53,360 nt of DNA from an uncultured Nitrososphaeraceae archaeon (lineage in GTDB: Archaea; Thermoproteota; Nitrososphaeria; Nitrososphaerales; Nitrososphaeraceae), in NCBI GenBank assembly GCA_963729045.1, contig CAVSMN010000002.1:1-53360 (forward strand), given 5' to 3'. The position numbers were made by a program, and so were the translations under genes. This document shows positions 43,930-53,360 of this stretch, one piece after another. The notes under the pieces are model-generated. The model worked only from the letters and a program-made list of their open reading frames with translations, searched no databases and was not told the DNA's origin. How positions within the stretch are numbered: the stretch's first letter is position 1; every line of letters starts with the position of its first letter.

Positions 43930-44488
43930 GAACATTTTTGGTCTATATTACTATAGAAATAGTTGAACCAGGTCCTAAATAGAGAACAAATTTTGAAACT
44001 TTCTCTATTTTATCATTACACATCCCCATCGAAGACATCCGCCATTTGTAGAACACTAATGCGATCTAAAAGGATCATCATCACACTAGAACTTAGAAGA
44101 CAAGTAATAGAAAGAATTCGGGTTTAATCTTTAATCAAGGATGTTATAAATATTTTAGATGAATATTCGGTTAATATTTTTAATGTATTGGAGATGGATG
44201 TCGAAAAATATGATATCATCTCATGAACTTTATTGGCTTTACACCATGGTCAGAAGACTTATAATAATAAAATTGCATTTAGTAAACGTTTCTAAATTAC
44301 CACTTTATATCGAATAACCAAAAAATTTTCAGATTGTATGGAATTTACTTTATGAATATTACATTTAGTAACATTATGTGTCGAGATTCTCCCATATAAT
44401 CCCAATTAATAAAACACAATTGTAAAATAATATATGAACCTGGCATTTTAGTAAACAGCAAACTGCTGCCTAACTCATTAACCTTGAG

Positions 44489-44776
44489 CTAGAAGAGTAC
44501 ATCTGCGTTAGTTCGTCTTGAGTGCTCATCAATACCGTTCATTGTAATTTGATATTCGTTATCCCCTATTCGGGAAACAAAACCACCTACAATTAGATTT
44601 TGAAGGGCGATATCAAAATTTGAAGAACCCATCTTGTCTGTCAATATTTCACGTAATTCATTATCACTTGTCAATGGAGTTTGTTTATTTGATAGCGTAA
44701 ATAATTTTTCTAATATCCTGTCCTCAATCTTATTAATTGACGAGTAGTTATCCTCAGCATTTTGAAACTTAGCCAT
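44489..44776 (-). CDS. Small winged-helix-like protein
   Basis: ILEKLF...FDIALQNLIVGGFV....EYQITMNG matches a wHTH wing pattern. Confidence 0.6.
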   Translation of the reverse strand: MAKFQNAEDNYSSINKIEDRILEKLFTLSNKQTPLTSDNELREILTDKMGSSNFDIALQNLIVGGFVSRIGDNEYQITMNGIDEHSRRTNADVLF

Positions 44777-46092
44777 GAATGTAAATATCTAATCTATTTA
44801 TATAATTGCTTTTAACTATTAAAACTATTTTTTGAATCATTAATAATGATGCTGCCAAAAATTCAATTATTGCACTTTTGATCTTATAAGGGTATACTGT
44901 ACTGCGTGATGTCGAGTGGATTACAGATAAAGTATTAATGAATGTTGAATTAACCAAAAGATATAACAATGTGAAAGTCAACAAAAGAGTTTATCGTGCA
45001 TTCGTACTGCCGAATTAAAATTAGAATTCTTGTCATTACCAAACTATAGTAACTATAAATGAATATACATGAATAAAAAAAGCAAAAAGAGTTGATGAGA
45101 TCTATTCAACATGAAAATCAAACATTCTAGAGCAAATAGATATTGCCTTCCATTATTCTTCATAAAAAGCCAATCAGATTAAACTTGGTTCACATGCAAT
45201 CGTTTTCTATCTATATCGCTCTTTATAAACTGAGTAATAACTAGGAATCAAAAGATTTTCTTTAACTTTGAGTCTATTTTCTTGTTCACAGTCACATATA
45301 TCTAGAAGTCCGACTAATACCTCGAACATGATACCTATGTACTAGAATTACGATAATGTTATCATGTGTATTAAATGTGAATTATTGGGTGTTATTAGCA
45401 AATTATCAAAAGAACAATATAAAGAGTCGGCCCTGCCCGTTGAAGATACTATCCGACCGGTTAAAACCAACTTGACCTAGAAATAATACATAACAGCTCA
45501 TTAATAGAAACGCATTATTAGGTCGTCTTGACTCTGGAATATTATAATGGAAAACCATCCTTAATAAAATTGGAATTCCGAGATAAAAATCAATAAAGTA
45601 TGAGAGTCTAGATTGATCTTTTTCAAAACATGTTTATAATTATCTTGAGTTGAAAGGTTTGTTTTCAGATCGGGTTTGTCAATGATCTAGCAATTAAGAT
45701 GTCGGCTTGATAACTGCGTAAAGTTATCCATAAGGACCGATAATACAAGATAGAAAAAATTTCGGGTATAAGAAAATTTTATGGTTAATTCATAAATATT
45801 ATTTTCTTGACCATACAATTTACAATTTCTAAACTGATATGATAGAATCATCACATTTATCAAAGTAATCCTTAGGATTATTTGCAATTTTTAGACAATA
45901 ATAGAGTAATTTATCTGACAATTCCTATTTATAGCATCAATTTTTTCCTAGGTTTATCTCATTATTGGCCTTAAGATTTAATTGTAAATAGGAAAGAAAA
46001 TTTAACTAGGTCAATAGTTTGACGGGCAAGTTTTGTTGATCAAGATTTTACCAAGAAAACATCCATCTATTCTTGTTACCCATGCACTTTAA

Positions 46093-46581
46093 ATGGTTGG
46101 ATGTAATGTAATCCGTGTGAACGTAGGAAAACAACAGCATAAAAATCCAACCCCTACTGTAGATACCATAATTCAAAAAGATTCCAAAATCCTGTTAGTC
46201 AAAAGAAAAAAGGATCCATTTAAACAAAGGATGGTTTTACCTGGTGGATTTGTAAATGAAGGCGAAAGGGTGGAAGATGCAGCAATACGTGAAGTAAAAG
46301 AAGAGACTTCTTTAGATATAGAAATCGACAACATATTAGGAGTGTATTCTGATCCCTCTAGAGACCCAAGAGGTCACATCATGTCTACAGTATTTATTGG
46401 AAAAATATCTGATAAGAGCGATATAAAAGAGCCCATGGCAGGAGACGATGCAGCTGCAGTAAAGTGGGTAGATCTTGCATCCATAGAAGAAGAAAGTTTC
46501 GGGTTTGATCATAAGAAAATTTTGAACGATTATAAAAAATGGAAACGGTCTGGACAAACTTTTTGGTCTTCAAAAACCTAA
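46093..46581 (+). CDS. NUDIX hydrolase (ADP-ribose pyrophosphatase/NudF-like); start possibly GTG at 46117
   Basis: LPGGFVNEGERVEDAAIREVKEETSL Nudix box, SDPSRDPRGH, AGDDAA and FDH. Confidence 0.95.
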   Translation: MVGCNVIRVNVGKQQHKNPTPTVDTIIQKDSKILLVKRKKDPFKQRMVLPGGFVNEGERVEDAAIREVKEETSLDIEIDNILGVYSDPSRDPRGHIMSTVFIGKISDKSDIKEPMAGDDAAAVKWVDLASIEEESFGFDHKKILNDYKKWKRSGQTFWSSKT

Positions 46582-47066
46582 AACAAAAATTGATTTCATA
46601 GTAGAACCTATCAAATGTATCATCACCTATTTCTTTAAACAAGATTTTAAAGCCAAGATGAAAATCTAAAATAACGGAAATATGTCAGCTTTCATAACCC
46701 CTTCTGTTTTTGTTTCGCTACAATTTGAAGTCGTGTTTGCAATCAAGGAATAATATACTTTCGAAGAAAACAAGAATATTTAAGATGCCGAATAGGAAAT
46801 CTTAAGATAGTTGGGACAGGGCTATGAATACATAGAATTAGAATCCAGGATATCAAAGCTCCAAGAGATGTATGGTTAAATAACGCTTTGACCCGAAGTT
46901 TCTTATTTTGTAGAACCCATTAATTGAACTATTGTACTCCAGTGTATACCATATCCCAATAGAAATGTCCTTTATTTTCCATTAAATTGATTAATAATCA
47001 AGTTTACTTTCCAGTAGTAATAGATTTGTAATTCTATTTTATAAATCAAATTAGTTTATAAACCCA

Positions 47067-49451
47067 TTAATCAAATATAGGATTTTGAGAATAGAAAAAT
47101 TTAGTTATGGAGTCATAAGTTTCTTTTAATAATTCTAAATATCTTTTCGTATCGTACCTAAAATTGTTTTCATCAATTAGTTCAATTGGTACTGCCCTTT
47201 CCAAGAAATTCTCACCATAAAAATTCGTAATTATGTATTTAATTTCTTCTCCAGCATTCAAGGATTTCCCATTGCTAGTTAGTCGTTTTAAAACACAATT
47301 TTCAATTGTCTTTCTATCTGCATATTCATTACTTGCTTTTGATATCCTTTTGATAAATATCAGATCGGTGTATGAAATTTTTTTAGAGCATATTAAATTT
47401 ATATATTTTTTATATACGCTCTCTAAAATTGGCAAGCATTTCGTGATTTCATGAATGTTGCTATGGGCAGACATTATTTTCATTAACTCCTCTTGAAAAT
47501 AGACAAAGAGTTCAGGAGTATCATGTCTTCTTGTTTCAATCCCCCTCATCTTTATTGTCCCATCTTCAAAAACGCCAAAGTATCTATTTAGGGCAGGTAA
47601 GTCAGGATTGATCTTAGATGAATCGAAAACGATCCATTTGTATACTCCTTCAAAAGATATGGAAAAACCTGTTTGCTCCTCTATGTCTTTTTTTAAATTA
47701 ATATATCGATGTGCAGAATCGGCTGCCGATAATGAATATTTTATATTATCTATTTCTCTTATCCAGATAGAATCCACAATACCATGAATTACATCAAATC
47801 CGTGTTTCTCTACTATTTTAGACGTTTTCATTAATATATCTCTAGCAAAGGCGCATACAGTGATGTGAGCATCTATCCTACCAAACTTTGAGTTACTAAA
47901 TCCAAGATATCCAAAGGAAGTAACTAGGATCCATTTTAAAGCAGTTTGTCTGTTGTCATAGCAATTTTTTAAATACTCATCATTCTTAGATATACACAGG
48001 TTTTTTCTCTTTTTGTATTCTAACCGTCTATCTAGAACTGTTTTAAGAGATAAAGGTACTATTCCCATCTTTTTTTTGCATAAGTGATAAAGATGTTCGA
48101 GTTCTGGCACTTTGTTATCCGTTTCTGATCTACAGCATGCACAATTGATTGTGTCTGAAGAAACATTTTTCCTTAGCATTATATTTGGATAAAGAGATAT
48201 AAAATCAAATTCTGCTACTTTGTTATATGCTCCAGGTTTTGACTCAAAAACAAAGCCCCCTTTATCTGCCTTTAATAAATCAGAAAATGACTTGAAGATT
48301 TCCGACGTTATAGGCTTCCAGGGTATCAATATATCCTTTTTATGAGCATTATAAAAATACAAGCTGCTTAGACACTTCCCTATAGTAGATCTTGATGCTA
48401 GTTGTAATGGAATTCTGCAAACTCTGGATAATTCTGCTAATCCCTCCAATCCATTGTCCCTGTAAATAAATGAATTGTTAACGTCGATGTGAATTCGGCC
48501 GTATAGAAAAAACGGTCGTGGTTTGAAATACACTTTTCCGTAAGAGAGGTATGATGTTGAGGACAAGTCATTAGATCTAATATTTTTATTTGGAAACAAC
48601 TTGTTTTTCTTTAGTAAATATTCTAGATTTGATTCGCGATTCAAATTGATCAATAACTGATTTTCAACCTTGTTGGCCTTGGCTCTATAAAGTAAATGTG
48701 GAAACAAAAATTGGTCTCCACCTTTAGTTAAAATAATATCAGGATCGATTCTATTAATTTCATAAGCGAATTCTAATATTGTTTCAAGTTCATTTTCTTC
48801 AGATATCGAAAATTTTTCCTTGATCACGTTATCCTTTTCAAAAAAGATAATTCTGATCTTTAGAATCCTATCCTCTAAATCATATCCTATTGATTTTCTC
48901 TCCGAAATTAATTCAAATGATAGAAATTTAAAATTTGGAATAATGTAATCAAATGAGTCAATATCGTCGTTCTCATCGTTAACTATTTGATACATATTAG
49001 TTCGTACTGATTCCGTGGATCTTGTTTCTTCTAGGCTGAATAATCCAAGTGGATAGAGATCCTTTTCGTATAAGAAAGACTGTTCAGGTGATATATCTAC
49101 GTTGTATAGTCGATAGTGTCCAAATCTATTAGAGAGTTTTTCAATTTGTCTTGCTAAATTTAATATCTGCAGTGAATCAGACAGAGTTAATCTCAGAGTT
49201 ACATCCCTTTTACGCTTATCAACAGCAGTGGAAGAAGGATACTCAAATTTGTATTCAAATTGATATTCCTTGATTGATGAAGAAATTTTACCATTCCTTA
49301 TCAAGTCTACTAACTCGGATTTTAGGTCTGACGCTACATATATTGAAGGAGACCATAAATACTCTAGTCTTTTTACATTCCCATTTCTTTCTTTTATCCA
49401 TAAAATCATTCTATCTTTTAGATGATAAATATCAAATAGCCAACCATTCAT
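47067..49451 (-). CDS. polB2: Family B DNA polymerase, PolB2 (Dpo2-like) group
   Basis: EFDFISLYPNIM, KWILVTSFGYLG, motif C altered to HGIVDSIW, degenerate exonuclease motifs, NRYFG and RGIETRRHDTP. Confidence 0.9.
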   Translation of the reverse strand: MNGWLFDIYHLKDRMILWIKERNGNVKRLEYLWSPSIYVASDLKSELVDLIRNGKISSSIKEYQFEYKFEYPSSTAVDKRKRDVTLRLTLSDSLQILNLARQIEKLSNRFGHYRLYNVDISPEQSFLYEKDLYPLGLFSLEETRSTESVRTNMYQIVNDENDDIDSFDYIIPNFKFLSFELISERKSIGYDLEDRILKIRIIFFEKDNVIKEKFSISEENELETILEFAYEINRIDPDIILTKGGDQFLFPHLLYRAKANKVENQLLINLNRESNLEYLLKKNKLFPNKNIRSNDLSSTSYLSYGKVYFKPRPFFLYGRIHIDVNNSFIYRDNGLEGLAELSRVCRIPLQLASRSTIGKCLSSLYFYNAHKKDILIPWKPITSEIFKSFSDLLKADKGGFVFESKPGAYNKVAEFDFISLYPNIMLRKNVSSDTINCACCRSETDNKVPELEHLYHLCKKKMGIVPLSLKTVLDRRLEYKKRKNLCISKNDEYLKNCYDNRQTALKWILVTSFGYLGFSNSKFGRIDAHITVCAFARDILMKTSKIVEKHGFDVIHGIVDSIWIREIDNIKYSLSAADSAHRYINLKKDIEEQTGFSISFEGVYKWIVFDSSKINPDLPALNRYFGVFEDGTIKMRGIETRRHDTPELFVYFQEELMKIMSAHSNIHEITKCLPILESVYKKYINLICSKKISYTDLIFIKRISKASNEYADRKTIENCVLKRLTSNGKSLNAGEEIKYIITNFYGENFLERAVPIELIDENNFRYDTKRYLELLKETYDSITKFFYSQNPIFD

Positions 49452-49456
49452 GGTTA

Positions 49457-49648
49457 TCAGCAAATCAACGATAAACTGATGAGGCTAATAGAAAAATTTT
49501 GAATATATTTAATCAAATTAGTTTGTATTTGGTGAGGTAAGTATTGATCCATGTTTAATGAAATAATTTTACTCAAACGAGAATAGAATTCTATTTTACT
49601 ATTCGGATGAATATACAAATGAGAAGACATATCTGAGACATTCGTCAT
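49457..49648 (-). CDS. Possible small ORF directly upstream of polB2
   Basis: ATG about 25 nt after TATAAA (49670-49675) and stop adjacent to the polB2 start; no recognisable motif. Confidence 0.3.
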   Translation of the reverse strand: MTNVSDMSSHLYIHPNSKIEFYSRLSKIISLNMDQYLPHQIQTNLIKYIQNFSISLISLSLIC

Positions 49649-49678
49649 ATTAATAAATGTTAGAACATGTTTATATCT

Positions 49679-49723
49679 ATTACGCTGCGTATACTATAAT
49701 TACGCTATGTCTACTTAATTACC
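49679..49723. repeat. About 20-bp imperfect tandem repeat upstream of the polB2 TATA box
   Basis: ATTACGCTgcGTaTACTaTA / ATTACGCTatGTcTACT-TA / ATTACc. Confidence 0.7.
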
Positions 49724-50368
49724 AGTATTGATCAACATTGTATTTTAAGTACTGACGCATTATTGGTCCAATGAGTTGGATTTAAGGGGCCAGTCAAAAT
49801 AAGGCGGTGTTTTGAATGGATCCAAAATTTATCATTTTTAGGAATTGGATCATAGGTTTGAGATCCTCTACAATATCTCAAACCCGCTATCGGTTTGTAA
49901 TAAGGATGTACTCTTTTATATGAGTAATCAATTGATGTACCAAACGATCAGCGATTAATTATTTAAGAGGATTTTTTACCGTGATTTTCTCATTATTGGT
50001 ATCCCTTACCTAATTATGACAAATTAAGGATTTGTTTTGCTTTAAAAAGGAAGGCTATCAACCAGATAATTAGCAACTGGTACATATGCCAACATTCAGA
50101 ATTTTGAGGGTAGAATCTTGAAATAAAGATTGCAAAAACAGCCTCAATTAAATGATTCAGTCATTTACATTAGTTATTTTATTTTGAGGATTAATGATAA
50201 GAAAAGATAAATAGTGTACGAATACAGCGAAAATAAACAAAATAATTATCTTATTGGTAGTTTGTTTTTATTTAAAATATCAAAAATTTATAATTTATAC
50301 TTAGGGGAAATAATTAAAACGATGAAGGGACAAAAAAGGACAAGGATTCAATAAAAATATAGGTGTAT

Positions 50369-50710
50369 TTATCTTCCAAAATACGCCTTCACATTTGGTT
50401 TGAATAGATAGTAAATGATAATAGCATTGATTATTACCGGAATAACTGCTCCTACATTTCCCACGATGATTGATCCAAGGCCCGAGATAAAAGCTATTAC
50501 AGTAACTATCAACGTGATAATCCAAGCCCATTTTAGCCCTTTCCATAATCCATAAGCAACACCAAAATAGGCTAATCCGATTATAATGAGAGCTGCACCT
50601 AGGAATGGTATTATCGCTACTAGGGCAATACCGCCTACTAAGGAACCAATACCTCCAAGAATAGCAAGAATAGCAATAATTGTAACACCTAAAGGTCTAT
50701 CGTTTTGCAT
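50369..50710 (-). CDS. Four-TM membrane protein
   Basis: RPLGVTIIAIL...YGLWKGLKWAW...IIIYYLFKPNVKAYF. Confidence 0.88.
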   Translation of the reverse strand: MQNDRPLGVTIIAILAILGGIGSLVGGIALVAIIPFLGAALIIIGLAYFGVAYGLWKGLKWAWIITLIVTVIAFISGLGSIIVGNVGAVIPVIINAIIIYYLFKPNVKAYFGR

Positions 50711-51055
50711 TTACTATGTCTAATGAGTATAACTTATTAAACTTACATCAAAATAGAGTAGTTTCATTTAATACTAGTATTTTATTTAATGAATGTTGTA
50801 TCTCATTCGTGAATTTTGAAATATATTCCCAATTAAAAGTTTTCATAGTTGTCCTTACCAAGTGCAAATTTAATTCGAACAGATCTTCAAAATTGGATTT
50901 TGTAATACATGATTTAGACTGCAGCAATGCTTAGTCTAATTTCAATTATAGAAATATTGTAAGTCAAAAAATACAAACATTTCTATTATTAAAATCTTGC
51001 AGTTTGAAGTGTCTAAACTATGATATGTATAATTTTAGATATACATCGTAATAAA

Positions 51056-51331
51056 ATGGACGGTCTAATAAAAACTCACAAATTTGGAATATTCGCAATT
51101 ATATTCGTTGCAACAGCCCTAATTGGTTCAGTAGTCGCAATTGCAGGAGATAGCAACGCAGCATTTGCAACCAAAAAAAAATCAAATGTCTCATTACAAG
51201 ATATCATTCAAGAGAGTTCTACAGGAGAAAGTGCAGAATGTTTTTCAAATAATAATACTTTAGCATCATGTAACAACGTTGCTTTGTCACTTAACTTAAA
51301 TGACGGCAACAACGCAGAAGGCCAACAATAA
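51056..51331 (+). CDS. Small secreted Asn/Ser/Gln-rich protein with a Cys pair
   Basis: Signal peptide ending AFA; C.SNNNTLASCNN...NDGNNAEGQQ; followed by a T-rich tract. Confidence 0.8.
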   Translation: MDGLIKTHKFGIFAIIFVATALIGSVVAIAGDSNAAFATKKKSNVSLQDIIQESSTGESAECFSNNNTLASCNNVALSLNLNDGNNAEGQQ

Positions 51332-51928
51332 ACCACCTCCTCTTTTCAATTTTATTTGTGTTATTCCTTATCATTAGTTTTTAGCCAGATACTCAAAAAT
51401 AATAATATCTAATTACTCCCATTCCATAAACTTGCATTTATCTGGTTTCTTATCAGTCAGATTTTTGATTTGAAAAAAGAGTCATAGGGCTATCTCGATC
51501 TTTAATTGAACTCTTTCCAGGGATCGACCAATAGCTTTACTATGCACCTAATTTTTAGACTAGTGTTGCTATTAAGTATAAGGAACTGCGAGGGTATCCC
51601 TCGTGATGAGTGCAACCATACGCATGCATTAAGATTTGATGAATAAAGTTTACCAAAATTTACCATCAAAAGCTAATAAAATAATCCAGAATTCAAGAGG
51701 TAAGAACATGATTGGTGGTCTATATACAAATTGCAATCCCTAAGAAAGTTGATTACTCCATGGATGACTTTATCGTTGAACTTTCTAATAGAGACATTCA
51801 ACCATCAGGGATCAAAGAAGTTCAAAATGACGGTTGAGGAATTGCATTGTTAACATTGGAATGAAAATACTATACAAGATATTTTCAGTAATTATGCATT
51901 AGTAATATCGATAATCTACTCCTCTTGC

Positions 51929-52420
51929 TCAACCCGTAAACCCAAATAGGGAATTAAATTTTTCAATATCACTAAGTTCTGAATTATCGATTGATGATTG
52001 TGCATCAGATTGTGCATCAGAATTATCGATTGATGATTGTGCATCAGATTGTGCATCAGAATTATCGATTGATGATTGTGATCGATTGATGATTGTGCAT
52101 CAGAATTATCGATATGATGATTGTGCATCAGAATTATAAGCAAATACTTCGTTGTAGCAACTAGTTACCTCATGTTTGGTTGGTTCTTTTTCAAAATACG
52201 GATCTACTTCAACACCTTTACTCTCATCTATTTTTTTATCGATGCAATCATAAAATCCTGGAAGGCCCTGATCTAGAGTGGCATTTCCAGTTCGAATTGG
52301 TATCAAATCTACTGCCTGACCAAACGATACATTTCCTTGAACAAAAGTCGTTAACATCATTATGGCAAGAGTTATGAAGAGTAGTGAAAAGATTAATGAA
52401 TTTTTTAGTTCATAATTCAT
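51929..52420 (-). CDS. Secreted protein with NSDAQSSID repeats (indels near 52114 and 52080)
   Basis: Signal peptide; TGNATLD..LPGFYDCID...EPTKHEVTSCY domain; repaired tail ...SSIDNSELSDIEKFNSLFGFTG*. Confidence 0.78.
51979..52136 (-). repeat. Nested 27/39-bp tandem repeat (NSDAQSSID / NSDAQSDAQSSID)
   Basis: gaattatcgattgatgattgtgcatcag recurs, with an internal 12-bp attgtgcatcag duplication. Confidence 0.92.
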
Positions 52421-53360
52421 GCAGTATTATTATGCAGAAATAATTTAACCTATTCTACAATTTCAATAATTTATTTTTTACATAACAAATTCGAGATACA
52501 ATTCTAGTTCATTATATAATTGGAGATTTTACCATAATATTGATATCCTATTCCATTTTAAATTTTAATTTCTCACCAGACGACAAAATATTTCATAATA
52601 TGGTTTTGTAAAGCTTTAATATCAGAGAAAATTCGATATCAAATGTAGATAAACCTTCCACTATTTTTTTGTATATTCTTAATCAGCTTAATAAGGCGGC
52701 TCAATTATATCGGCAATATTAATAATGCATTCAAGAGACTTTATCCCATCATATGTTCTTTGGAACAGAATCTATAATTTATCAACCGATCGAAAATATG
52801 ATAATATCATAACCATACGACAAAAATAGCAACTTTTGAAATAAAACTTATGTAATTGATTTGAGTTACCTAATCACGGACCTGCTGTGAAAATTTACCG
52901 GTATTATGGGATGTGGATGCTAAATAAAAATCAGAAAATATAAGAATACTTATCATAAATGACTATATAATTGACTCCAGCGACTTCTGGATCAATATCT
53001 TTTACCAAGTGAATATTAATTATCCTTCTGTTTTCTCTTTGCAGAAAATTATTGATTTCATTCTTTATTGTATTGTTCAATAGAAATGTTTACTGTTTCA
53101 TCACAAATATTTTGAGAATTTTATTTATAAAACTGAATCGCAATTGCTTTCGGTTTTTAGTACTTATATTCTGAAATGGCTCCATGCTAGCATACTTCAC
53201 ACTTTTTTACAACTATTACCTAAATCAAAGACACGATATACAATGCTTAATTGATGGTCAATATTCAATTAATATTTATCTGACTTTTAGCCACTGCATT
53301 TTAGGTAATAAGGACATTTCCTAATATTGTGAAGGAATTAAGAACTAAGAATGTTTGTGA

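Noticed and set aside
44780..46090. Long AT-rich gaps (also 52421-53360) as origin or RNA loci
   Set aside because: No ORB-like repeats, cdc6, tRNA cloverleaf or rRNA similarity were seen, and the short ORFs there lack motifs.
47067..49451. PolB as a casposon, provirus or plasmid marker
   Set aside because: The motifs are PolB2-type rather than protein-primed, and there is no Cas1, integrase, capsid gene or terminal inverted repeat nearby.

Overview
AT-rich archaeal chromosomal DNA. Gene content points to a soil ammonia-oxidising archaeon (Nitrososphaeraceae, most like Ca. Nitrosocosmicus); this is inferred from content only. Left end: the start of a K-E-C-F-A A/V-type ATP synthase operon, a SAM methyltransferase, an ABC-2 exporter, and a cluster of mannosyl-3-phosphoglycerate synthase, a SerB-like HAD phosphatase and an AsnB-family amidotransferase. 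The rest is a low-density accessory region with a stand-alone Cache protein, a putative iron-binding protein, patatin, an HD-GNAT fusion, a histidine kinase plus receiver, cupredoxin, EamA, SDR, hemerythrin, NUDIX and a PolB2-type polymerase. It also holds small zinc-finger and secreted proteins, two Ser/Asp repeat proteins, a 171-bp direct repeat, IS6 debris and decayed genes (CHRD, Coq4-like, RadA-like). At least 13 frameshifts, including in atpA and atpC, are each repaired by deleting one base, so they are probably insertion-type sequencing errors. No rRNA, tRNA or CRISPR array was found. The best candidate for an undescribed system is mpgS + HAD phosphatase + AsnB amidotransferase as a mannosylglyceramide (amidated osmolyte) pathway.
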